A stretch of DNA of 64,000 bases, from positions 704,001-768,000 of the forward strand of contig OZ252098.1 of NCBI GenBank assembly GCA_965248355.1. Reading direction: 5' to 3'. Positions within the stretch are counted from its first letter, which is position 1. Every line of letters starts with the position of its first letter. The notes under the pieces are model-generated. The model saw only the letters and a program-made list of their open reading frames with translations. It did no database searches and was not told the DNA's origin. Made by a program: the position numbers and the translations under genes. Positions 29,881 to 38,441 of the stretch are shown here, piece by piece. Origin of the DNA: Candidatus Latescibacterota bacterium (lineage in GTDB: Bacteria; Latescibacterota; UBA2968; UBA8231).

Positions 29881-30183
29881 TCAGGCAGCGCTCTGGCGCT
29901 TGATGCGCGCCTCCGTCTCCGGGCTGAGGCCCAGGCGGGCTTGCTTCAGGTCGTAGCAGGCCTGCAGGTTGAGCCAGTATTCCGCGGAGTTCCCGAAGTA
30001 AAGGGACAGCCGCAGGGCCGTGTCCGCGGTAATCCGGCGCCGGTTGTTGACGATGTCGGCGATCCGGTTCGGGGAGATGCCGATGGCGCGGGCGAGCTGG
30101 TTCTGAGACAGCTCGTACTCGGCGAGGAACTCCTCCTTCAAGATCTCCCCGGGAGTGACAGGAGAGAATTCGGGGTCGGCCAT
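29881..30183 (-). CDS. higA: HigA/VapI-family addiction module antitoxin
   Basis: PVTPGEILKEEFL...ITADTALRLSLYFGNSAEYWLNLQ. Confidence 0.92.
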   Translation of the reverse strand: MADPEFSPVTPGEILKEEFLAEYELSQNQLARAIGISPNRIADIVNNRRRITADTALRLSLYFGNSAEYWLNLQACYDLKQARLGLSPETEARIKRQSAA

Positions 30184-30196
30184 GGAAGACTCCCAA

Positions 30197-30289
30197 TCAG
30201 TGGTAGTCGATAATCCGGACGCCATGTGCGTTGCCCGCCTTCCAGCGAAAGACGACGCGCCACTGGTCGTTGATCCGGATCGAGTAGTG
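30197..30289 (-). pseudogene. higB: C-terminal remnant of a HigB toxin
   Basis: Reads HYSIRINDQWRVVFRWKAGNAHGVRIIDYH*, directly upstream of higA; N-terminus missing (in-frame TAA just before). Confidence 0.85.
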
Positions 30290-30304
30290 TTACCGCGTAC
30301 CGGG

Positions 30305-32734
30305 ATGCGGTCAAGTGGGGAGAGTCGGCGAAGATCGGACGTGGTCGCCGTCGACAGCGACGAGCCCGGGGACACCTCGGCCTGGGTCGCCTGGAACCGC
30401 AGCCGCTCCAAGCACCTGACCGAGAACCTGGGCCGCCTGATCCTGGCGGAGTCCGACCTGGGGACCCTGGACGTGCGGGTCCTCTCCTCGGGCGCACCCG
30501 TGGCCGGCGCCCGCCTCGAGCTGTGGCGCGCTGGCGCGCTGGTGCTGGCGGACGAGACCGGCGACAGAGGCCTGGCGCGGCACTGGCTGCCCCCGGGGCG
30601 CTACACCGTGGCCGCCGCTCCGCGGGGGTACCGGCCCTACAGGCGGCAGGTCGAGGTCGCCGCCGGCGGCCTGCAGCAGGTGACCGCGGCCCTCCAGGAC
30701 CGGGGCACGCGGTTTCACGTGGACGACGACGCGCCATCCGGGGGCGACGGCAGCGCCGGGCATCCCTTCGGGACGATCCAGCAGGCCCTGAACGCCGTCA
30801 GCTACGGCGACACCGTGCAGCTGGCGCCCGGTGTCTACCGCCGGCCGGCGGAGCTGATCAGCGGCGTCACCATCCTCGGCCCCGGCCCCGGCCGGACGCG
30901 GGTCACGGGCGAGGCCCACTGGGGCCTGGCCCAGCGTCCCTTCATCCAGTACTACAACGGCCTGTGGAGCGTGAAGCTGCGCGACGTGGTCATGGACGGC
31001 TTCACCCTCGAGGAGGGGGAGAGGTATCCGGCGCGCCCGGCGCGGGAGGTCTCGGACGGCCTCGCCCTGGCCATGGCCGTGAACGCCGCCGACGTGGCCG
31101 CTGTCGAGGCCATCCTGGAACGCTCTCCCCGGGCGGCCTCGGGCCGCATCCTGTCACCCGACGCCGACCCCGGGGGCAGCACGTTCCTGCACCGCATCGT
31201 CAGCGTCTACGCCGACGCCACCGACGCCGAGCACCGGATCGCCCGGCTGCTCATCGAGCACGGCGCCGATGTCAACGCCCTCGGCGGCCAGGCCCGGGGC
31301 CGCGGCGAGACCGCCCTCGGCTACGCCGGTTTCTTCGCCGACTCCCGCCTGGTGGAGCTCTACCTGGCCCACGGCGCGGACCCCAACCACGTCAACCCGA
31401 CGGGAGGGACGCCCGTGGACGCCACCGCCCGCGAGGGGTCGCACCAGCGCAACCGGCCCACCTTCATCCCCGCCTTCGAGGCCCTCGTGCGGGGGGGAGG
31501 CCGCTACCACCTGGGGCACCTGGTCCTGCTGGGACACACGGAGCGCCTCGTGGCCGATCTCGACGAGGACCCCGGACTCGTCGACGCGGTGGTCCCCCTC
31601 CGGTACGAGCCGGACGAGCGCGCCACCCCCCTGCACCAGGCCGCCGCCGTCCACGACGAGGAGATCGCGCGGCTCCTGCTCGACCGCGGAGCCCGTGTGG
31701 ACGCCGTCGACAGTCAGGGGCAGACCCCCCTGCACCGGGCGGCCGGCGGCGGCTCCGCCCCCGGGTTCGTCGAGCTGCTCCTCGACCGGGGCGCCGACCT
31801 GGAGGCCCTCGACGCCGAGGGCCGCTCCCCCCTGCGGCGGGCGGTCCGCAACCGGCGGCAGGAGAAGGCCGCCGTGCTCATGGAGAGGGGAGCCCGGGTC
31901 GACCTGTACTCCGCCGTCGCCCTCGGAGACGCGGGGCGGGTGCGGGCCCTGCTCGCCGGGGATCCGCAGCGGATCCACGGCCGGGATGCGGACGGGAAGT
32001 CGGCTCTGGGCATCGCCCTCGACCATGGCCGGGAAGAGCTGATCGATCTTCTCCGCGAGCACGGGGTCGACGACCCCGCCGCCGAGCGCCGCATTCTGGC
32101 CCTCGCCGCCCTGACCGGGGCCGGGGGTCTGACCGAGGCCATGAGGGCCGGCGACGCGGCCGAAGTGCGGAGCCGGATCGGGGAAGGCGACTGGCTGACC
32201 GTAGGGTCCGGCGGGGCCGAGCTGTTCGACGGGGTGACCCTGCGGGGATGGTGGCCGCTCACCGGCGGCTGGCGCGTCGATGAGGGACGACTCCTGGCGG
32301 CCACTTCTTCGCGCATCCACTTCCTGCTGTCCCAGTGGATCGCGCCCGGCCCCTTCGAGTTGCGCGCCGAGGTGCAACTGCTGGAGCGCGGCCCCAACGA
32401 CGGCAAGATGCTGGGGTTCCTGGACGCCGCCGGCCGCTTCGTGCAGATCACCCTCGACGACGAGCCGGACCGGCTCATTCTCCTGAGCGGGCGCAAATAC
32501 TTCGACGTCGAGGGCATGCACGGCAGGTCGACCGTGGAGAGCGGCGCCGGCCTGCCCATGGAGGCGGGCGCCTGGTACGAGGTGGTCTGCCGGATCGACG
32601 GTTCCACGTTCACGGCCTCGGCCGGAGAGGCGCGGCTGAGCCACCCCTTCGAGGTGGAGTTCCCCGTCTTCCCCTGGCTGGAGGTGCAGCGCACCGGCGG
32701 GGCTTTTCGGGGGCTGAGAATCCAGAAGCTGTGA
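30305..32734 (+). CDS. Multidomain protein: carboxypeptidase-regulatory-like, DUF1565-like, ankyrin repeats, DUF1080-like; possibly 5'-truncated
   Basis: LPPGRYTV; GDGSAGHPFGTIQQAL...LAPGVY; TPLH..A repeats; LFDG.TL.GW...W.V..G. Confidence 0.7.
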   Translation: MRSSGESRRRSDVVAVDSDEPGDTSAWVAWNRSRSKHLTENLGRLILAESDLGTLDVRVLSSGAPVAGARLELWRAGALVLADETGDRGLARHWLPPGRYTVAAAPRGYRPYRRQVEVAAGGLQQVTAALQDRGTRFHVDDDAPSGGDGSAGHPFGTIQQALNAVSYGDTVQLAPGVYRRPAELISGVTILGPGPGRTRVTGEAHWGLAQRPFIQYYNGLWSVKLRDVVMDGFTLEEGERYPARPAREVSDGLALAMAVNAADVAAVEAILERSPRAASGRILSPDADPGGSTFLHRIVSVYADATDAEHRIARLLIEHGADVNALGGQARGRGETALGYAGFFADSRLVELYLAHGADPNHVNPTGGTPVDATAREGSHQRNRPTFIPAFEALVRGGGRYHLGHLVLLGHTERLVADLDEDPGLVDAVVPLRYEPDERATPLHQAAAVHDEEIARLLLDRGARVDAVDSQGQTPLHRAAGGGSAPGFVELLLDRGADLEALDAEGRSPLRRAVRNRRQEKAAVLMERGARVDLYSAVALGDAGRVRALLAGDPQRIHGRDADGKSALGIALDHGREELIDLLREHGVDDPAAERRILALAALTGAGGLTEAMRAGDAAEVRSRIGEGDWLTVGSGGAELFDGVTLRGWWPLTGGWRVDEGRLLAATSSRIHFLLSQWIAPGPFELRAEVQLLERGPNDGKMLGFLDAAGRFVQITLDDEPDRLILLSGRKYFDVEGMHGRSTVESGAGLPMEAGAWYEVVCRIDGSTFTASAGEARLSHPFEVEFPVFPWLEVQRTGGAFRGLRIQKL

Positions 32735-32764
32735 ACCGCAGTCGTGCGGGCCGGAGCAGCGAGT

Positions 32765-33070
32765 CTAGTCCGGACGGCTCTCAGCGGTGTGACGATCGAG
32801 GTCCATGGAGACATGCAGGATCCGGATGATCTGCAGGCAGCCGTCGGCTTCCCGGAAGAGGATGACGTGGCTCTTCTGGGGGTAGGAGCAGACGCCGGGA
32901 CCGAGTTCGGGCCGCTCGTGCCAGAGTCCGGCGTTCCTCGTCAGCCAGGCGATCCGAACCAGGATCGCGTCGATGTAGCAATCGGCCTGCGCCTCGTCCC
33001 ACCGGTCGGCCGAGTATGCCCAGATCGAGAGCAGGTCGTCCTCCGTCGCGGACGACAGGACATACTTCAC
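32765..33070 (-). CDS. parE: ParE/RelE-family toxin
   Basis: YVLS..TEDDL..IW.YS..RW...QAD.Y, RPEL..G, H.I.FR, I.RILH.SMD. Confidence 0.85.
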   Translation of the reverse strand: MKYVLSSATEDDLLSIWAYSADRWDEAQADCYIDAILVRIAWLTRNAGLWHERPELGPGVCSYPQKSHVILFREADGCLQIIRILHVSMDLDRHTAESRPD

Positions 33071-33357
33071 GACGACGCTTGGCGCTCGCGGGCCTTCGCC
33101 TTGACTTTCCCGGCCAGGTGTTTGAGATCGGCCTCTTCGTACTCGGATAAGCCCCCGCGCTCGATGGCGTCAATGCCTCGCTGCACCTCCGCACGGAGCA
33201 TCTCGAGCTTCCTCGCCTGGCTCTCGTCGAACTCTTCCTTCGAAACGAGCACGGCCACGGGACGGCCATGCTTCTCGATCGTCACCGCTTCCATGCGGGC
33301 CGTATCCAGGAGCCGGCCAAAGCGGGCCTTCGCTTCATGGGCTGAGATCACTTGCAT
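33067..33357 (-). CDS. Phd/YefM-family antitoxin with ParD-like C-terminus
   Basis: ISAHEAKARFGRLLD..R.E.V.IEKHGRPVAVLVS; 4-bp overlap with the toxin. Confidence 0.88.
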   Translation of the reverse strand: MQVISAHEAKARFGRLLDTARMEAVTIEKHGRPVAVLVSKEEFDESQARKLEMLRAEVQRGIDAIERGGLSEYEEADLKHLAGKVKAKARERQASS

Positions 33358-33384
33358 TGCGTACCTTTCGCTCGATAGGCTCTA

Positions 33385-33420
33385 ATTGATCAATATAGCC
33401 AAATTGGACCATTCGTTCAA
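33385..33420 (-). promoter_or_regulatory. Sigma70 promoter and operator of the Phd-ParE module
   Basis: TTGAAC-N17-TATATT on the minus strand; palindrome ATTGATCAAT at 33385-33394 overlaps the -10 box and extends downstream. Confidence 0.6.
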
Positions 33421-34507
33421 TGTCGGCAGCATCTTCTGCGAGTACCCAGTCCTGGCCGCCGCGGCCCTCGCGCTGAATGGGCCCGCAGCATCGGAAGGGA
33501 CGAGCGCGGATTCCACCTCTGGAGCAAGGCGCGTGCAGCTCGATCTACAGACCCGGACGACCGGCAGCTTCGCCGGCTGCCTCAGGCCGGCCCTCCGCGC
33601 CGCCGGTGTGGACTGGTCCCTGGATCACCTGCGCGGCTACCTCGGCCCGGCCTTCGCCTTCAGCATGAAGCCCGACGGCGGGCACCTGAACCAGGCCGAC
33701 AACTACGAGTGGTTCTACTTCTACGACATGCTCGACTTCCTCGAGCACGAGAGCATCAGCGTCGCCCTCAAGGGGGTCCTCGAGGTCCCGCCGGAGGAGC
33801 ATGCCGCCGCCAAGGCCCGGGCCTTGGAGATGGTCCGCCGCGCCCTCGACGACGGTTTCCCCGCCATCGTCTGGCAGGCCATGACCGTGGAGACGAGGCA
33901 CTCCGGCCGGCGTCCCATCCCCTTCCTGTGGAGCCTGATCACGGGCTGCGACGAGGAGGCCGAGACCTACAGCGTGCATCACGGGGCCGCCGGGGACTTC
34001 ACCATCGGCTGGGACGCCTTCGGCCACTCCGACCCGGTGAACTGGTTCTGCGTCATGGTCTTCCGTCCCCTCACCGGGCCCTTCGACGGCGCCGCCGCCA
34101 GCCGCAAGGCGGTCGAGCATGCCATCGAGGCCTCCCGTGGGGAGCATCCCGGGGTCAGGGCGCCGGCCCACGGCCTGGCCGCCTGGGAGATGTGGCTCGA
34201 GGCCTTCCGCGAGGGGACCGTCGACGTACATGCCGTCGGAGGCCATGCCGGCTTCCTGGTGCCGGCGCGCCAGGCCGCGGCCGCCTACCTGCGCGACATC
34301 GAGCCCCACTTCCCGCCGGGCGCCGGCGCCCCGCTGCGCTCCGCGGCCGCCAGCTACGATCAGGTGGCGGCCCGGATCTCGGAGCTGCGGGCCCTGTGCG
34401 CGGCCGACGATCCGGACCTGCAGCGGGCGGCCGAAGTCCTGGGCGCCGCAGTCGAGGCGGAACGCGCCGCCCTGGCAGCGCTGCAGCAGGCCCTGGAGGC
34501 CCGCTGA
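33386..34507 (+). CDS. Hypothetical protein; true start unclear, possibly 5'-truncated
   Basis: Long ORF with host-like codon usage from about 33440; the listed start lies inside the TA promoter. Confidence 0.6.
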   Translation: MINIAKLDHSFNVGSIFCEYPVLAAAALALNGPAASEGTSADSTSGARRVQLDLQTRTTGSFAGCLRPALRAAGVDWSLDHLRGYLGPAFAFSMKPDGGHLNQADNYEWFYFYDMLDFLEHESISVALKGVLEVPPEEHAAAKARALEMVRRALDDGFPAIVWQAMTVETRHSGRRPIPFLWSLITGCDEEAETYSVHHGAAGDFTIGWDAFGHSDPVNWFCVMVFRPLTGPFDGAAASRKAVEHAIEASRGEHPGVRAPAHGLAAWEMWLEAFREGTVDVHAVGGHAGFLVPARQAAAAYLRDIEPHFPPGAGAPLRSAAASYDQVAARISELRALCAADDPDLQRAAEVLGAAVEAERAALAALQQALEAR

Positions 34508-34512
34508 CGACC

Positions 34513-34713
34513 ATGGAGACCAACGCCCACCTGCGCATCGCCCAGCTGCTCATCGACCACGGCGCCGACGTGAGCGCCGGCGGCACCGGGTACACCGCCC
34601 TGCGCAGGGCCGCCGAGGCCACCCGCAGCCGCCACCGGTCCGTGGTGGAGAAGGGGCACACCCTGGTGCGGTTCCTGCTCGACCGGGGCGCGGCGCAGGA
34701 CGGCGAAGGATGA
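34513..34713 (+). CDS. Short ankyrin-repeat fragment
   Basis: IAQLLIDHGADVSA..TAL..A...VRFLLDRGA. Confidence 0.5.
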   Translation: METNAHLRIAQLLIDHGADVSAGGTGYTALRRAAEATRSRHRSVVEKGHTLVRFLLDRGAAQDGEG

Positions 34714-37307
34714 AGCTGAAGGACTCCATGGAGCTGGGGGGCCGGCACCTGCTCGGATGGCTCGACCCGGAGAGGGACCACCTGCCAACCGGAAGCTGGG
34801 CGATCACCCACGACCTGGGACGGTGGTGGGACGCCATGCTGCGCCTGGAGGCGGCCACCGGGTTCGTCATCCCCGGCGACCTGGAGGGGGCCAGCCTGCG
34901 GAACCTGCACTGGCTCACCGACAATCCGGACGGGCTGCTGTGGGTGCCCCGCGGGCTGGACTGGCAGAAGATGAAGTTCGAGTTCCACAGCTTCCGCGAG
35001 GGCATCCTGACCTTCGCCGCCCTGGCCCACTTCCGCGGCAGCGCCTGGGCGCGGCAGGCCGGCCGCCGCTACCTCGAGTCGATCGACCGGGCCCTTCGGC
35101 CCGACGGCTCGTGGGACGTGAACGCCTTCGCCTACATCGACGAGTACCGGCGAGGCGACAACCTGGAGCCCGGTCACACGCCGGAGAACGAGACCCGGTT
35201 CCAACTGACCGTCTCCCACGGGCGCTGCATCGAGGCGCTGATCTGGTATCACCGGTGGACGGGGGACCCGCTGGCCATGGATCTGGCCCACCGCCTGGCC
35301 GCGTTCCACCTGTCGTACGCCACCAACGAAGAGGGCACCATCCCGGACCAGCTCGCGGCGGCGGACAGCCCGCAGGGCGACCGGCAGTCCTACCTCTACA
35401 CCTTGTGCGGCCTGCTGCTCTACGGCGTGACCACGGGCCAAGCGGAGTACGTCGACGCCGTGGTGCGCACCTATGGCACCGGGGTGCCGCGGATCGTCAA
35501 CGAGTGCGGCTGGGTGGCTCACGACCTCGGGCGCCTGGTCTTTCCCGACCAGACGGGGAATCCGCTGGCCAACACCGAGTCGACGGGGGCGGCGGCGCGG
35601 CTGGCCTTGTGGATGGCCATCCACCACGACGCCGCCTGCTACGACGACGTGGAGCGCCTGGTGCGGGCCCGGCTCCTTCCCGGACAGACCACCGAAGCGG
35701 ATCAGCGCGACCTGCCCGAGGAGGCCCGCGACACAAAGGCGATCGGAGGGTGGGGGGGCAACGACTACCCGCACGCCGGCAAGGGCTGCAACCCCAGCGG
35801 CACCGCCGAGATCGTGCACACCATGAGCGCCATCTACCAGAACGTGGCGACCTGCGACGAGAGGGGTTTATCCGTCAACCTGCATTTCGACTACGAGGAC
35901 GAGAGCGTGCGAGTCGCCGTTGAGCGCGACGATGCGGCCCGGGTCACGGTCGTGGCCAGGGTCCGCGATGACGTCCGGCTGCGCCTGCCGGGTTGGGCGC
36001 CGGCCGGCAGCGTGCGGATCAGCGTCGACGGCGAGCCCGTGGCCGTGCGCCGGGTCGGTGCCTACGCCTGCCTGACGCGAGAGCAGGTCCGCGCGGGCGG
36101 TGAGATCGTCCTGACCCACGACCTGCCGGTGAGCCGGACGCGGGAGACGATGCCGGCGGGGCAGACCTACGAGTTCGCCTGGAAGGGCGACGAGATCACG
36201 GGGGTGCATCCGAACGAGCACCCCCTGCCGTTCTATCCCACGCTGGACGATCCGCGGGGGACGGAGGAGGGGACCCGCGGGCATGTCGAGACCCCCGGGG
36301 TCGAAGCCTGGTTCGAGGCGGTCCGCTCCAGGGACCTCGACCGGGTGCGGGCGGTCCTCGACGCGGATCCCTCCCTGGTGGACCGGCGCATCGCCGACGT
36401 GTTCGCCGAGACCTGGGAGGCGGCCGCTCCCGGGGACCGGCAGAGCAACACGGCCCTCCACTGGGTGGCCGTGCGCGGCTGGCAGAAGGCGTGCCTCGCC
36501 GGCCTGGCGCAAACCCTCATCGACTACGGGGCCGATGTCGACGCCATGGGCTACAACGGCAACAAGGGGGTGGCGCCAGCCGTGGTCCTGGCCGCCTGGG
36601 AGGGCGACCTCGAGGTGCTGCGCGTGCTGCTGGAGAGCGGCGCCGATCCGAACCGCCCGGCCTCGGCCGAATCGGCCCTCTACTGCGCCATCGAGCACAC
36701 GGAGCCGGATGCGCCCGAGCCCAACAAGGTGAGCCTGCTCCTCGAGCACGGCGCCGAGCACGACATCTTCACCGCGGCCATGACCGGCCGGACCGACCTG
36801 GTGGAGTCGCTGCTGGACGAGTACGAACCCCTGCTCGAGCGCCGCAGCCTCAAGCGCAACCGCACGCCGCTGGAGGAGGCGGTCCACTTCGGGCGCTGGG
36901 AGACGGCGGAGCGGCTTGTCGAGAGGGGGGCGGCCGTCTCCGTACATGCGGCCGCGGCCATGGGCCGCGCCGATCTCCTGGCGCGGATCCTCGATGCCGA
37001 CGGGAAGCTGCTCGAAGCGCGCGACGACAGCCAGGAGACGCCCCTGCTCATGGCCGCCCGCCACGGCCGCGGCGAGGCCGTCGAGTTGCTGCTGCGCCGG
37101 GGAGCGGAGGCCAACACGGAGAACCGCTGGCAGATCAGCGCCCTGCGCGAGGCGGTGACAGGCGGACATGCGCGGACGGCGGAGCTGCTGCTGGCAGCCG
37201 GCGCCGATCCGACGAGAGTCGACCGCGGCGGAAGGACCGCCCGCGACCTGGCCGATCCCGGGGATCGGGCGCTGCTCGACGTGCTGGACCGGAAGGAGAG
37301 GGGATGA
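34710..37307 (+). CDS. GH127-like alpha/alpha-barrel domain fused to ankyrin repeats
   Basis: HDLGRWWDAMLRLE; VNLHFD..; VRLRLPGWA GH127-type beta-sandwich; C-terminal ankyrin repeats; ATGA coupling. Confidence 0.65.
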   Translation: MKLKDSMELGGRHLLGWLDPERDHLPTGSWAITHDLGRWWDAMLRLEAATGFVIPGDLEGASLRNLHWLTDNPDGLLWVPRGLDWQKMKFEFHSFREGILTFAALAHFRGSAWARQAGRRYLESIDRALRPDGSWDVNAFAYIDEYRRGDNLEPGHTPENETRFQLTVSHGRCIEALIWYHRWTGDPLAMDLAHRLAAFHLSYATNEEGTIPDQLAAADSPQGDRQSYLYTLCGLLLYGVTTGQAEYVDAVVRTYGTGVPRIVNECGWVAHDLGRLVFPDQTGNPLANTESTGAAARLALWMAIHHDAACYDDVERLVRARLLPGQTTEADQRDLPEEARDTKAIGGWGGNDYPHAGKGCNPSGTAEIVHTMSAIYQNVATCDERGLSVNLHFDYEDESVRVAVERDDAARVTVVARVRDDVRLRLPGWAPAGSVRISVDGEPVAVRRVGAYACLTREQVRAGGEIVLTHDLPVSRTRETMPAGQTYEFAWKGDEITGVHPNEHPLPFYPTLDDPRGTEEGTRGHVETPGVEAWFEAVRSRDLDRVRAVLDADPSLVDRRIADVFAETWEAAAPGDRQSNTALHWVAVRGWQKACLAGLAQTLIDYGADVDAMGYNGNKGVAPAVVLAAWEGDLEVLRVLLESGADPNRPASAESALYCAIEHTEPDAPEPNKVSLLLEHGAEHDIFTAAMTGRTDLVESLLDEYEPLLERRSLKRNRTPLEEAVHFGRWETAERLVERGAAVSVHAAAAMGRADLLARILDADGKLLEARDDSQETPLLMAARHGRGEAVELLLRRGAEANTENRWQISALREAVTGGHARTAELLLAAGADPTRVDRGGRTARDLADPGDRALLDVLDRKERG

Positions 37308-38404
37308 CACCGGAGCAGACCAAGGGATTCTGGCAGCGGGCCTTCCTCTCCGAGGAGCATCGCCCGCTGACGCCCGCAGAGTCGGAGCTGGTCATCGCCG
37401 CCACCTATGGCGCGGCGTACTCCGCGGAGAAGAGCCTGCACACCTACACGCTGAGGGCCGATCACCTCTCTCCGGACGTCGACCGGATGAAGGAGCTGAT
37501 CGAGGCGGAGCCCGGCCTCCTCGAGTCGATCGGCCCGGCCCTCGCCTGCCTGACCACGACGCTGCCCGGATGCGCGGCGAGCCTGAGAGTGGTGCTGCAA
37601 CGGGGAGTGCCCCTGCGCATCGATCCGGGGAAGTACAACGTCCTCCACGAGGCCAGCGCCGAGACGGCGCGGGTCGTCTTTGAGGCGGGCGCCGCGGATG
37701 CGACCGCCGTGGCGCCCACGGTCCACACCGGTTGGCCGAACAACGTCTCCCTGCTCTACTGGCCCGCCGTCTTCGGCGGCAGCGAGGATGCGGTGGAGCA
37801 CATCGAGGTCCTCCTCGACCACGGCGCCGATCCCGAGGTGAAGATTCAGGGCAACGGCGAGCGCGGGAACACGGTCCTGCAGGAGGCGGTCTCCCCCTAC
37901 GGTCCCGGGCAGAAGGGAAAGCGCCGCGTGGCCCGCAAGCTGGTCGAGCGCGGCGCCTTCTACGACGTGTTCTCCGCATGCGGCCTGGACGACCTGGCCC
38001 GGGTGCGGGAGTGCGCGCGCTCGGCGGACGTCAACGCCTGCCGGGGCGAGGCGGACATGACGCCCCTGCACTGGGCGGCCCGAGCCGGTGCCATGGCCTG
38101 CTCGAGGTGGCTGCTGGACCGGGCCGCCGAGGTCGATGCCGTCACCCGGGCCGGCAACACCCCGCTGCACCTGGCGGCGGACCGGGGCTGGCCCGAGGCC
38201 GTGTGGCTGCTGGTCGGCCGCGGCGCCGACATGAGCGCCCAGGACCGGAAGGGCCGCACCCCCCTGCACCGGGCCGCGTACAACGGCCACGTCGACGTCG
38301 CCGAGGTGCTGATCGTCTGCGGCGCCGACACGAGGATCGAGACGAGGACGGGCAAGACGCCGCTGCAGGTGGCCCGGCTGGACTGCAAGTTCCTGCGGGC
38401 CTGA
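37304..38404 (+). CDS. Ankyrin-repeat protein
   Basis: TPLHWAA, TPLHLAA and TPLHRAA repeats; ATGA overlap with the upstream gene. Confidence 0.88.
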   Translation: MTPEQTKGFWQRAFLSEEHRPLTPAESELVIAATYGAAYSAEKSLHTYTLRADHLSPDVDRMKELIEAEPGLLESIGPALACLTTTLPGCAASLRVVLQRGVPLRIDPGKYNVLHEASAETARVVFEAGAADATAVAPTVHTGWPNNVSLLYWPAVFGGSEDAVEHIEVLLDHGADPEVKIQGNGERGNTVLQEAVSPYGPGQKGKRRVARKLVERGAFYDVFSACGLDDLARVRECARSADVNACRGEADMTPLHWAARAGAMACSRWLLDRAAEVDAVTRAGNTPLHLAADRGWPEAVWLLVGRGADMSAQDRKGRTPLHRAAYNGHVDVAEVLIVCGADTRIETRTGKTPLQVARLDCKFLRA

Positions 38405-38441
38405 TGACGGAATCCCGGGTGCCCCCAGGCGCAAAGGGGAA

